NCBI GenBank assembly: GCA_964519305.1
Contig: CAZFHY010000007.1
Location: 83,427-147,426 of the forward strand
Source: Candidatus Undinarchaeota archaeon
GTDB taxonomy: Archaea > SpSt-1190 > JASMDC01
Length of the DNA: 64,000 bases
Direction of reading: 5' to 3'
The position numbers were made by a program, and so were the translations under genes. The notes beneath the pieces are model-generated. The model ran no database searches. It worked only from the letters and a program-made list of their open reading frames with translations, and had not been told where the DNA came from. Of the stretch, positions 9,835-19,851 are shown piece by piece (positions within the stretch are counted from its first letter, which is position 1; the number at the start of each line of letters is the position of its first letter).

Positions 9835-10173
9835 TCACTCGTTGAACAGCATCTGCTCGGCTTCCGGAGAGATCGGTTCTTCCTCCTCAGGATCACCGAA
9901 CATACGGGGAGCATCGTCAACACGTTCCTGTACTCCGTAATAGAGCGCAATGAGGTGTGAGCAGAAGCGAGAGTGGTCCTCCATGAACTCAGGGCACGTG
10001 CAAACGAACCTATGGAACGGTCGTGTAAGGTCCTTGATCATACAGAAATGGTCATCTTTGTCATCTGAACAACCACCGAAGACCGTACGGTCATGGATAT
10101 CGTGTATGACTATGAATCCCGATTTGAAGAAACGATGACCTTCGAACACATCATCCATCTCTACCTCTGCCAT
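9835..10173 (-). CDS. SWIM zinc-finger protein
   Basis: CTCPEF...FCSHLIAL (CxC-xn-CxH). Confidence 0.8.
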   Translation of the reverse strand: MAEVEMDDVFEGHRFFKSGFIVIHDIHDRTVFGGCSDDKDDHFCMIKDLTRPFHRFVCTCPEFMEDHSRFCSHLIALYYGVQERVDDAPRMFGDPEEEEPISPEAEQMLFNE

Positions 10174-10230
10174 GTGGAGCCCTTTCCCGTAATGACATTC
10201 ATAAGTATTTGCGTAACGCGAGGAGTGCCA

Positions 10231-11337
10231 CTAGATCTCTTTGACGCCGAAGCTCGTTCCGACAGAGATGGCGACATCGAGGAGATAGTGGTCCTTGGGA
10301 ACGCAACGTTGTTTCCCGATTGTATCGGAAAGTGGTGAGGATGTTATCTCTCCCCCTTTATCAGCGACAAGTCGTCCGAACCTTCTCTGTGAAATGAGGT
10401 CAACGGCCTTCCTTCCGAACAAGGTGCCGAGCACTCGGTCCCGCGATGATGGAGGACCGCCACGTTGAAGGTGACCTAGCACTGTGACGCGTGATTCGAT
10501 CCCGGTCCGTTCCTGTATTCCATCAGCGACCACCTTTCCGATCCCACCTAACCGGATAGGGTCCGCACTGTCCTTGACCACACGCTTGACTACCTGTGTA
10601 CCGCCTGCGGGTTTGGCACCTTCGGATACGACAATGATGGAGAACCGTTTACCGCGACGACTCCGATGGTCCACAACCCTGCAGACCTCTTCAATATCGA
10701 ACGGGATCTCGGGAAGGAGCAGGATGTCGCCACCACCGGCGATACCGGCATGAAGGGCAAGCCATCCAGCGTTCCGGCCCATGACCTCTATGACCATTGC
10801 ACGATGGTGTGACATGGCTGTCGTGTGTATCCGGTCCAGAGCTTCAGTTATGATGCCGACCGCGGTGTCGAAGCCGAACGTGACATCGGTCCCTGCAAGG
10901 TCGTTGTCGATGGTCTTTGGGATACCAACGATGTTCATTCCGCGTTCGGCGAGCCTACCTGCAATGGATTGAGTACCGTCCCCGCCGATAGTGATGATCG
11001 CATCGATACCTAGGTCTCTACAGGTCTCTATCACGCGTTGAGAGACATCCTCCTTGACGAGCTTCCCGTCCTGTTCGCGCGCGAATGCGAAGGGATCGGC
11101 CTTGTTGGATGTCCCGAGAATGGTCCCGCCCAAAGATAGGATCCCTGATACATCGTCGTACGAAAGCGGACGGGTCCTGCCCTCGATGAGACCGAGGAAG
11201 CCGTCCTCGATACCGATGACGTCCCAACCGTGTTCGACGATCGCTGTCTTCGATACGGAACGGATCACGGCATTAAGGCCCGGACAGTCACCGCCCGCGG
11301 TAAGGACACCGATCCTCTCGATCTTTTTATCGACCAT
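10231..11337 (-). CDS. pfkA: 6-phosphofructokinase, PfkA family group III (probably ATP-dependent)
   Basis: TAGGDCPGLN, GGTILGT, GGDGT, PKTIDND, EVMGR, LGHLQRGG; start set at ATG 11337 (MVDKKIERIG). Confidence 0.95.
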   Translation of the reverse strand: MVDKKIERIGVLTAGGDCPGLNAVIRSVSKTAIVEHGWDVIGIEDGFLGLIEGRTRPLSYDDVSGILSLGGTILGTSNKADPFAFAREQDGKLVKEDVSQRVIETCRDLGIDAIITIGGDGTQSIAGRLAERGMNIVGIPKTIDNDLAGTDVTFGFDTAVGIITEALDRIHTTAMSHHRAMVIEVMGRNAGWLALHAGIAGGGDILLLPEIPFDIEEVCRVVDHRSRRGKRFSIIVVSEGAKPAGGTQVVKRVVKDSADPIRLGGIGKVVADGIQERTGIESRVTVLGHLQRGGPPSSRDRVLGTLFGRKAVDLISQRRFGRLVADKGGEITSSPLSDTIGKQRCVPKDHYLLDVAISVGTSFGVKEI

Positions 11338-11392
11338 GATGATACACGATCGAAGGTGCGGGCGAACGCTTATATTCGTGATGGCGGCGTGC

Positions 11393-14300
11393 TCATTGCG
11401 ACTGTCCGTCCCAACCTTGGGCAGTCTCTGTTCCACGTGCCTCACCCGTCATGTACCTATATCCATAGTAGGATGACACTGCAGGCCTATCCGTGTAAGG
11501 ACTGGGTGCGGTGGACGTGGAAGTGACGGGAGCTACCGGCGCGACCGTTCGTGGTGTGAGTTCCCTGAAGACGACCCTGGCACCGAGCACTAGAACGATA
11601 AAGATGGCTAATCCGATGACGGCCAGACCGGGGATGTTCTTCCCGGTGATGAGATCCCACAGGAAGCTCTCCTGAATCGCCCTGAGGAGCTGGTTGCTCG
11701 AGCCGAATTTTATCGTCACGTGCCCTCCGGAAGTGGCGAGTTCGGGGAACGTCTCCGATGTTACCACGATGTCGATATCAGCGGTCCCGGCGCTGGACAG
11801 GAACGTGAGAGGGAGGAGGAACGCATGCTTGCCATTCGGTTTAATGGTCGGTACCTGTACCTCGGTGAAACCAAGACGAGCATTGACTGTATTGATACGC
11901 ACGAAGTAACTATCCGGTACATTGCCCAGGTTAGTGATCTGGACAGGGACGTCTATCACAGGTGTGTCCATCACATCGTAGCTGCCCATGACGTCGATGG
12001 AGACAGAGCACGTGCAATCATCGCTCCCCGCGCAGGATTCGCCGATAGCGGTATCGCACACACCGTTAGCGCAGAAGATGGGTGCACAATCCCTTGAACA
12101 GAAGCTGCATTCATGCGCAGCGCATATCCCGTCCCCGCAACCGGCCTTGCACAGCTCCTCATAGGCATCGCACACCTTACCATCAAGACACCCACAGTCC
12201 TGGCAACAGTTATCCTCGTTCTCCGTGGGTCTATCACATACACTATCTCCGCACCACACGCCAACGCATCCTGTCGAATCGGCGTCGGTCCTGTGTGGAT
12301 CACAGACGTGAAGAGGACCGTCGCATGCGCACCCAGGACCTGTACGGCAATCCTCGATAAGGGTATTGCACCTTTTGACGGTCGGACAGCCGTCCCTGCG
12401 ATTGGGATCACGAGGACAATCTTCGTCAGTGTCCGGTACGCCATCGCCATCGATATCACGTCGGCATGTACCCTGAGAGCATGTGTGGAGCGGGCCATAT
12501 GTGCTCGTGCACTCGGAATTCGCAGTGCAGGGAACGCAAAGGCCGCGTTCGCAGACCTGGCCTTGTTCCTGACATACCTTGATATTGGTGACGACGCAAC
12601 GCTCGCTCACGCATGAGAACTTCAGGACGAGTGATCCGAGGCACGCAGTGGGGCACTCTTCGTCCTTCAGGCACGGGAATCCCTTTCGCTGCGGATCCGG
12701 ATCTATTTGGTCCGGGATGTTGTCATCGTCCATATCGGACACGCATCCGCCTTCGTCCGCATGGTCGCTCCACGGATCGCAAACGCTTCCCTCAGAACAC
12801 CTACAATCGGGACACCAGAGACAGTTCTCACCAGCATCCTTCCTGCACACGCCATCGATACATGTCTGGACACACCGCTCCTCGATACATGTATGCCCAA
12901 GGCCGTAGTCGATGGTGCAGACAACATCCGAGTCACAGCCCGAGCATCCGCTCGTCGTGCATATGGTGCCATCCTTGCAGGTATAATCCACACCCTTCTT
13001 GCAGAGGAAGTCCTCGCATACGAACGGGACGAACACGTTGTCCTCGCACAGGTTCGGACAGTTATCGTTGTTCGTACAGTTGAGTACCCGGCAGGCTCCA
13101 CTGACAGGTTCGCATTGCTTGCCTTGACCATACTGGGCCGCGCATGCCTCGGTCGATGTACAAGCCATGCACCCTTCCTTCTCGCAGACGAGATATGAAT
13201 CAGAACATTCACGGTTACGTCTCTCGCAAGAACCGCCGATGCAGGCGTAACCGATATGCAAGGTCCCATCACATTTGTTGTACCGGGAGCAGTCCCCATC
13301 GTTCAGGCATGGACCGCAGGAGCCTGCACGGCAGAAGAGCATTTCAGTTGAACAATCCCGAGTTCCTGCATCTACGCAGGCACCATCAGTGCAATCCTTG
13401 AGCAGGGCGGTGTTATCGTCACATGATCCCGGGCACTTCAACGTGTCGATGCACACGCCTGTTAGGGAACACGATCCGAGACCACCCTCGGTGCAACATG
13501 TAGCGTTCTCCGGTCCGCATCGCCATGAACCACCGACGCAACGAACGGATTCAGTGCATGGCCCAGTGCCACACTTCGCGTAAGGAGGGATGCCCCCGAG
13601 CTTGTCGCCTAGACTGACGCATTGACCGTCACAGCAATAACCGGTCGAGTCCAAGGTGTCGCAGGGTGCACCTTCGGGTCCGCACGCATCCTTACACAGA
13701 CCGTCAGCACAGAAGTGCAGGTCACAATCTGCTTGGGTGATGCAAGGACGAGCTGCTCTGCAGGTACCTGATGCACAGATCCCTGAGGCGCACTGGCAGT
13801 CGAGAAGGCATGATCCGCTGTCAGGAACACCTCCCGCTACGGCACAGGCCTTCTCCACACAGCAGTCCGAAGCACAGGTCTCCGGATTGAGACAGAACCC
13901 AGCGAGGTCCCGAAGACAGGTCCGCTTGCGGTTATTGCATTTTAGTCCTTGATCACATGCGCAATCATCCGTACAGGAACCATCGAGACCGACGGATCCC
14001 TTGACGGTACACACTTCCTTCGATGCGCACCCTGACGCGCATTCAGCGTGGCCAGTGGCATTCGTGCCCAGCTCCCTCAGGCATGACCCATCAGTGCATT
14101 CGAGCCCGCTGATGCAGTCGTTGTCGATGATGCATTGCTGAGCTAGCGTTTGGTCACCGCGTTCCCTGCAGGTGCTTCCTTTGCAGACACCGGAACTGCA
14201 CTGGTCGGCAGAGTCGCACTCTACTCCGACCTTTTTGAGACATTTACCTCCTGTACATCCCATTGTGAGGCTGCACTGGCAGTCATTTGAGCAGGTCTCG

Positions 14301-16630
14301 TTGAGGGTGACCGTTTCCCTCGGTACGCATGTAGCGGTTGCGCAGCATGAGGTCGCACAGTCGTTATCGAGGGAGCATGAACCGCCGGTCTTTGCTAGAC
14401 AGAGTCCGGACTCATCGGTTATGAACTCCTTGACGCAGGAGTGTCCCGTACCGCATTCGCAGGTCTCCCTGCACGGGTCCCCTGACGTGACCGAATCCTT
14501 GGGTACGCACCTGGCGTTCGCGCAACATCCTGAAGCGCACTCGGTCGTGAACGTGCATGCCCGGCCAAGGCCGCTCCTGCACAGTCCTTCTGCACACGTT
14601 AGCCCACCTTCGCACTGGCATGTTCCACTGCATACGTCACCAAGGGCAACAGCCAGGGATCCAAGGCAAAGACCGTTAGCGCAACAGCCAGACGTACACT
14701 GCTCATCGTCTTGGCATGATGCCCCGTCTTCCCTTTTACAGATCCCGGGGTCCTTGCACGAGAGCGTCGACGCGCACTGGCAATCGGTCTCGCACGGTCC
14801 ATCAAAGACCATTGTCGTACCACAGGCACCTCCACAACAGCGTCCGAGAGCCCCGTCATCAGTTATGCAGATTGCACCCGTGTTATCCGTGCACCATCCG
14901 CACTCGCTCGGTGTACCGCTACCTAGCCTGTCGATACATGTCGTCTGATATCGACAATCATCGGAGTCCGAACAATCGTCGGAGCAGATCCCGTTCGTAC
15001 ACGGGTACGGGCCGCATGACTTTCCGTTCCCGCAAGAACCTCCGGAGCAAGTACCCCTGCTCCCGGGGCCATCGCAGCAGTAGCCGCCCTCGCTCGAACA
15101 GACCAAGTTGCTCCCGCACACGACCTTACCTGAGCACGAGCCTGAACCACACGTGTCGTCTGAGTTGAGAAGATGATCGCCATTGTTGTCGGTCAGAGGG
15201 GTGGACCGGCACTCACCGTCACAACAGTAGCCAGTACCGGTCGAGACGTCGCAGCGTGCACCATCGACCTTGCACGTGTCACAAACATCAAGGGAACCGT
15301 CAGCGTTAACGTCGATGCATGCATATGACGCACTACAGCCTGACGAGGATGTACAACCTTTCTTGCATGCCTTCTTCCCTGCTTCCAATGAGATGCATTT
15401 GAAACCGGACGCGCAGTCACCGTCCGTTATGCAGGACACACTGCATGAACCGGCCATGCAGATGTTCGGGTCGCATGCATGTACCCCACTGTCTGCAGTG
15501 CACTCCCCTGTAGCATCGCATCCATAGAGGTTGTCGCCAGCACCGCAACACGGCTTGCCCTTGGACGCGCATTCCCAAGCCGGGCCTCCAGGGGCATCAG
15601 TGATGCATTCATATGCGGAGATGCACTGCCCGGAGCCACAACCATCCACGCCCGAGTCGAGGACATCGTTGCCGTTCACGTCGACGACTGATCCGGGGAC
15701 TATAGCGCACTCATCACCGCAGCATCGTCCTGTACGGCCTTGCTCATCCTTGCATGTCGCGCCCGGATTGTCCTCGCATGATGAGCACACAAGGTCGGCA
15801 CCATCAACGGTCGTAATGCAGTCAGCGTCGCCGGAAGGGTGACAGTCGCTTGCATCAGAGCATGCTCGTTCTATGACGAGCTCGGGACCGATAGGGCTAG
15901 TGGTGAGCATGTTGACTCCGGTGAAGGGTGCTGAATCGACAGCGACACATTCACCACCCGCCGTTGAGCAAGGAAGGTCTGGTAGCGATGGCCAAGTGTA
16001 GTAATGCGTGGGTTTGAACGCCTCGACGTGGAAAAGGATGGTCAGCCATCCAGACCTGTGTGCGAACGCGACGGCATCCGATACATCACGTTCGATAAGA
16101 CAACTATCTCCAGAACAGTCAGTTCCCGCGTCACCAAGGGAGTAGTCGTTGCACGCTTCACGGACGTTGGGGATATTGCATGATCCGAAGGAGCAGTAAT
16201 AGAGCGTTACCTTACCTTCGGGAGAACAGATGCCATTCTCAGCTTCAGCACAGGCATGGTGGAGCTTGAGGACCGCAGAACTGAACGGAGTCTGACCAGA
16301 TATCTGGAACGCGATAACCGCTCCATTGTTCAACGGCTCAAGAGGATCCTGGCAACAACCGACATCTTCGATCATATCCTCCCTGCATGGCTTGTCATCC
16401 AGCTCACGACAGCATCCGCCAAGGGACTTGCCGGGGATACATCCTGCATGGCGATAGGTCTGGCGGACGGCAACTCGAGCGAAATCGGCATCAATGTCGA
16501 CAGCACCTTCCGTGCTTACCGACCCCGTGCACAACGGACCGATAGTGGCCCCTGAAGAGAGCACAAGAAGGAGGATGAGCGCACAGGAACAGGCCCGTAT
16601 CCTTCCCCTGGGCGCTCCCATCGCTATCAA
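11393..16630 (-). CDS. Giant (1745 aa) Cys-rich membrane-anchored surface protein
   Basis: Signal peptide, dozens of C-x4-5-C-x3-CC repeats, DxDxDG Ca-binding loops, CGDG repeats, Ig-like domain (ITNLGNVPDSY), C-terminal TM and cytoplasmic tail. Confidence 0.9.
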   Translation of the reverse strand: MIAMGAPRGRIRACSCALILLLVLSSGATIGPLCTGSVSTEGAVDIDADFARVAVRQTYRHAGCIPGKSLGGCCRELDDKPCREDMIEDVGCCQDPLEPLNNGAVIAFQISGQTPFSSAVLKLHHACAEAENGICSPEGKVTLYYCSFGSCNIPNVREACNDYSLGDAGTDCSGDSCLIERDVSDAVAFAHRSGWLTILFHVEAFKPTHYYTWPSLPDLPCSTAGGECVAVDSAPFTGVNMLTTSPIGPELVIERACSDASDCHPSGDADCITTVDGADLVCSSCEDNPGATCKDEQGRTGRCCGDECAIVPGSVVDVNGNDVLDSGVDGCGSGQCISAYECITDAPGGPAWECASKGKPCCGAGDNLYGCDATGECTADSGVHACDPNICMAGSCSVSCITDGDCASGFKCISLEAGKKACKKGCTSSSGCSASYACIDVNADGSLDVCDTCKVDGARCDVSTGTGYCCDGECRSTPLTDNNGDHLLNSDDTCGSGSCSGKVVCGSNLVCSSEGGYCCDGPGSRGTCSGGSCGNGKSCGPYPCTNGICSDDCSDSDDCRYQTTCIDRLGSGTPSECGWCTDNTGAICITDDGALGRCCGGACGTTMVFDGPCETDCQCASTLSCKDPGICKREDGASCQDDEQCTSGCCANGLCLGSLAVALGDVCSGTCQCEGGLTCAEGLCRSGLGRACTFTTECASGCCANARCVPKDSVTSGDPCRETCECGTGHSCVKEFITDESGLCLAKTGGSCSLDNDCATSCCATATCVPRETVTLNETCSNDCQCSLTMGCTGGKCLKKVGVECDSADQCSSGVCKGSTCRERGDQTLAQQCIIDNDCISGLECTDGSCLRELGTNATGHAECASGCASKEVCTVKGSVGLDGSCTDDCACDQGLKCNNRKRTCLRDLAGFCLNPETCASDCCVEKACAVAGGVPDSGSCLLDCQCASGICASGTCRAARPCITQADCDLHFCADGLCKDACGPEGAPCDTLDSTGYCCDGQCVSLGDKLGGIPPYAKCGTGPCTESVRCVGGSWRCGPENATCCTEGGLGSCSLTGVCIDTLKCPGSCDDNTALLKDCTDGACVDAGTRDCSTEMLFCRAGSCGPCLNDGDCSRYNKCDGTLHIGYACIGGSCERRNRECSDSYLVCEKEGCMACTSTEACAAQYGQGKQCEPVSGACRVLNCTNNDNCPNLCEDNVFVPFVCEDFLCKKGVDYTCKDGTICTTSGCSGCDSDVVCTIDYGLGHTCIEERCVQTCIDGVCRKDAGENCLWCPDCRCSEGSVCDPWSDHADEGGCVSDMDDDNIPDQIDPDPQRKGFPCLKDEECPTACLGSLVLKFSCVSERCVVTNIKVCQEQGQVCERGLCVPCTANSECTSTYGPLHTCSQGTCRRDIDGDGVPDTDEDCPRDPNRRDGCPTVKRCNTLIEDCRTGPGCACDGPLHVCDPHRTDADSTGCVGVWCGDSVCDRPTENEDNCCQDCGCLDGKVCDAYEELCKAGCGDGICAAHECSFCSRDCAPIFCANGVCDTAIGESCAGSDDCTCSVSIDVMGSYDVMDTPVIDVPVQITNLGNVPDSYFVRINTVNARLGFTEVQVPTIKPNGKHAFLLPLTFLSSAGTADIDIVVTSETFPELATSGGHVTIKFGSSNQLLRAIQESFLWDLITGKNIPGLAVIGLAIFIVLVLGARVVFRELTPRTVAPVAPVTSTSTAPSPYTDRPAVSSYYGYRYMTGEARGTETAQGWDGQSQ

Positions 16631-16739
16631 TCCACACTCTCTTCATCCTTGTTTAAATAACTTGGTAAGACATCACCATTGGGCCAAGCCCGCCCCTGAG
16701 CGGGAAGCTTATTAAAGCTGCTCATGTCCCCAATTAATA

Positions 16740-17213
16740 ATGGTCCCGAGCGTGGACGATGTGTTCCCTGTGACAGAGATGGGGTTCGGTGAGAACATCG
16801 AAGGGGGCCTATGCTATGCTCTTGGCCCATTATCAGCCACGTTCTTCCTCACTAAGGAATGGAACAACTATTTCGTGAGGTTCCATGCGATCCAGTCCAT
16901 CCTTGCGTCGACCGCTCTTACGCTCATCGTGTTCCTCATTCCAATCACCCTGATCATTGCCATCTCATACCAGGCCATGGACGTGGAAGCTGTCAACACC
17001 CTCGATGAGGAAGAGATGATCAAGCTATTAGGTGCGGCCGCCATTGTCATTATCGCCATGAACGTTCTAGTGATCGTTGCTATCGCATTCTTCGTTCTTG
17101 CGATGTACAAGGCTTTCCTGGGGGTACGGTACAAGCTACCGCTGGTGGGCGCTCTCGCCGATAGATGGTCATCCCCTCCACCGGATGGACCAGTATTGAT
17201 CTATGACGGATAA
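16740..17213 (+). CDS. DUF4870 family membrane protein
   Basis: ENIEGGLCY, FVRFHAIQS, YKAFLG-RYKLPLVG. Confidence 0.85.
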   Translation: MVPSVDDVFPVTEMGFGENIEGGLCYALGPLSATFFLTKEWNNYFVRFHAIQSILASTALTLIVFLIPITLIIAISYQAMDVEAVNTLDEEEMIKLLGAAAIVIIAMNVLVIVAIAFFVLAMYKAFLGVRYKLPLVGALADRWSSPPPDGPVLIYDG

Positions 17214-17379
17214 ACCGTTCAAACAGCATTATTCTAAACGGTATCCGGTCCTATCACTGTGTAAGGGCGTCGGTGTCCCGGTCACAAGCATAGTCTAGGG
17301 AGGCCGAGAAGCATGTCCTGGACCTAGCGTAGCTTTTTAAAATACCAACAGACTCACGGTGAATAAGTACAGGTGTTGA

Positions 17380-17871
17380 ATGACCATGCCTAACGGACAA
17401 CAGACCCCAACGGCCCTTGGCGTCACCGAGAACCTCGGAGGTGCTCTTGCCTACTTACTGGGACCTATCACAGGGATCCTCTTCCTGCTCATCGAGAAGA
17501 ACAACAAGTTCGTGCGTTTCCACGCCATGCAGTCGACCATTCTCTGGGTGGCTATGTTCATCCTCCAGAGCATACTGGCGGTAATACCGATCCTCGGATG
17601 GCTCGTGCTCGTACTCTTGATCCCGATACAGATCATCCTGTGGCTCTTCCTGATGTACAAGGGATACTCGCATGAGTGGTACAAGCTCCCCGTTGTCGGG
17701 GACATCGCCGAGCAGCAGATGGGTGCTATCGGTGGAGCTCCCGCTGGTGCTCCGCAGCAGGGCACCCAACAGCCTCAACAGGGCTACCAGCCTCAGCAGG
17801 GCTACCAACAGCCCTTCCAGCAGGGACAGCAGCCGCCCCCGCAGGGACAGGAGCCCTACTACCAGGGCTAG
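17380..17871 (+). CDS. DUF4870 family membrane protein with a Gln/Pro-rich tail
   Basis: ENLGGALAY, FVRFHAMQS, YKLPVVG; QQG repeat tail. Confidence 0.9.
   Translation: MTMPNGQQTPTALGVTENLGGALAYLLGPITGILFLLIEKNNKFVRFHAMQSTILWVAMFILQSILAVIPILGWLVLVLLIPIQIILWLFLMYKGYSHEWYKLPVVGDIAEQQMGAIGGAPAGAPQQGTQQPQQGYQPQQGYQQPFQQGQQPPPQGQEPYYQG
17755..17850 (+). repeat. Coding imperfect tandem repeat (QQG[T/Y/Q]Q[Q]P)
   Basis: Repeated cagcagggc/caacagggctaccagcct units. Confidence 0.8.
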
Positions 17872-17931
17872 GACGACTTAGTCGTGACCGGGACCTCGAG
17901 TGAATGGGGTCCCTTCCTTCCTTCAGAAGGT

Positions 17932-18612
17932 TCAGCTCTCGACCTCGTACTGTAGCCAAACGATGCCCTCCTTGAGCTCTTCGGCCTTCTTCAAACGGAC
18001 CTTGATGGGCCCATCCGGCCCTTCCAAACCTACATCACTGAACAAGGACGTGGATCGTGTACCGCCCACCAGGCACGGATGAACGAGAACGCTCACCTCG
18101 TCAACGAGCTCGGCCCTGAGCATGACACCGTTGAGGGTGCCTCCGCTGTCCATACGGACCGTCCTCACGCCATAACGCTCATTTAACGCCATCAGAGCGG
18201 CGCGCATATCGACATGGTCTGATCCCGCAACGATGGTCCCGATCTGACGCTCTTCCAGATAATCGATGTACTCCTGTGGGGTGGATGTTGAGATGAGTGC
18301 GACGAAATCCCGCCAGATCCCGCTGTTACGCAGATGGTGCCACGTGCGTACGCGTCCACGACTGTCAGGGATTACTAGGAGCGGGCGTTCATCGTCAGGA
18401 TCGACCTTCCATGGCTTGAGATCATCGGGGGTCTCTGCCGGGACCTCCTCGCCGAACAGCTCCGGTCCCTTGATGATGGTGTCGGCACCTGCAAGGGTGG
18501 CGTCCTCATTCCACTGCTGGATTAGCCCGTAGTAGGTCTCCATGTCGGGCATGAAACCGGTGATACGACCATCGACGCTCGAGGCGTTATGGATGATGAC
18601 TCGGGGAAGCAT
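17932..18612 (-). CDS. RibD C-terminal domain / pyrimidine reductase family protein
   Basis: PRVIIHNASSVDGRI, LAGADTI, DSRGR, MDSGGTLN, LVDEV. Confidence 0.88.
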   Translation of the reverse strand: MLPRVIIHNASSVDGRITGFMPDMETYYGLIQQWNEDATLAGADTIIKGPELFGEEVPAETPDDLKPWKVDPDDERPLLVIPDSRGRVRTWHHLRNSGIWRDFVALISTSTPQEYIDYLEERQIGTIVAGSDHVDMRAALMALNERYGVRTVRMDSGGTLNGVMLRAELVDEVSVLVHPCLVGGTRSTSLFSDVGLEGPDGPIKVRLKKAEELKEGIVWLQYEVES

Positions 18613-18673
18613 GAACGTATACAATTCGGAAAGAGATAAATCCGTATTTCAGAGGTGACGTGGTGTACGTTGT

Positions 18674-19819
18674 TCATGGGTCCCGGTCGTCTTCGCTCCC
18701 GGCCTCGCCTTTAACTTCTCGTTCCATCCTCTCATGGTCCTCTTTCGTGATATCTAGAGACTTCCTGAGCGTCTCGAGCATCTTCCTCTCCTTCTTCGTG
18801 ATAATGCCATCATCCCATGCTATCGAAAGCTCAGTGCGATATAGCTCGGCCTTGTCATCGTGATTCTTTAAAGAGGAAAGTCCGACTTTCGGGAGGAGCT
18901 TGTCGGTGAGGTTCTGGCTCACTGACCGGGCCGGGACAGAGAGCATTACGACGAATCCCGCGGAAACCAGGTTGGACAGGTGCATATCAGCGAACACTGT
19001 CGTTGAGACGACATCCTCCATGAGCTCCTGGACGACGAAGAACGCGATGGTGAGGATGCTCGTCATCATACCGTAGAGCACGCTCTTGCGGACGATGATA
19101 TCAATATCGAACAGACGCTCCTTGACTATTCCGTACGCGATGAAACCGAACGAGATAGGCAATGCCATGAGCACGGGATTGATACTGGGGGATGTGTTGA
19201 ACATGAATCGATAGACCAACAGGGCGAACGATGTGATGAACGCAACGAACGAGGCGAGCACGAAGTACGCGGAGCGACGTCTAAGTTCGATGTCATCTCG
19301 CTGCCTGAACATACGAAAGAACGTCGAGAACAGCAGGGTAAGCATGATAGGGACGTAAATGAAGGAGAACAACCTCAGTGGTGAATCGAGACGAGGTGAG
19401 AACGCGCCGAACGAAGCATCTCCGCCCTGGACCACATCTCCTATGACCACATCGGGTGCAAGGACCATGGATATGGCAGCAATGGTGGGAAGGATGTAGA
19501 CAGCAAGGTATCTCCTGTGTTTGAGGACCACCCCCTTCTCCCAGAATGCGAACGAGAAGTGAAGGAACGCAGAGACCGAAAAGACGTCCGCGATTAGGTA
19601 CACACCGAACCACCGTTTCCAAGTGGAGAGTTCCCGGCTGCAGACGAGCATCGCGGCGGATAGGCTGATAAGGGCTGCCAGGAAGAGCGCGAGCACGAAG
19701 AGCCTGACATATCCCTCTTCCCGCTTCTTCTTCAGCAGGAACGCACCCAAGAGAGTGCAGACTATGAAAGGGATGATGTAAATTATCGCCCGGGGATCGA
19801 ACACGTATGCTGTCATCAT
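18674..19819 (-). CDS. Multi-pass membrane protein: HisKA-7TM-like sensor region with a TerB-like C-terminal helix pair and no kinase domain
   Basis: About 9 hydrophobic helices, FLHFSFAF, AYGIVKERLFDID, C-terminal AWDDGIITKKERKML. Confidence 0.75.
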   Translation of the reverse strand: MMTAYVFDPRAIIYIIPFIVCTLLGAFLLKKKREEGYVRLFVLALFLAALISLSAAMLVCSRELSTWKRWFGVYLIADVFSVSAFLHFSFAFWEKGVVLKHRRYLAVYILPTIAAISMVLAPDVVIGDVVQGGDASFGAFSPRLDSPLRLFSFIYVPIMLTLLFSTFFRMFRQRDDIELRRRSAYFVLASFVAFITSFALLVYRFMFNTSPSINPVLMALPISFGFIAYGIVKERLFDIDIIVRKSVLYGMMTSILTIAFFVVQELMEDVVSTTVFADMHLSNLVSAGFVVMLSVPARSVSQNLTDKLLPKVGLSSLKNHDDKAELYRTELSIAWDDGIITKKERKMLETLRKSLDITKEDHERMEREVKGEAGSEDDRDP

Positions 19820-19851
19820 CGGTCACGTACTCATACTGGAAAGACGGGTTA

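Noticed and set aside
11694-16555. Numerous 70-260 aa ORFs rich in Gln/His/Ser
   Set aside because: They are antisense or alternate-frame shadows of the Cys-rich gene, typical of GC-rich DNA.
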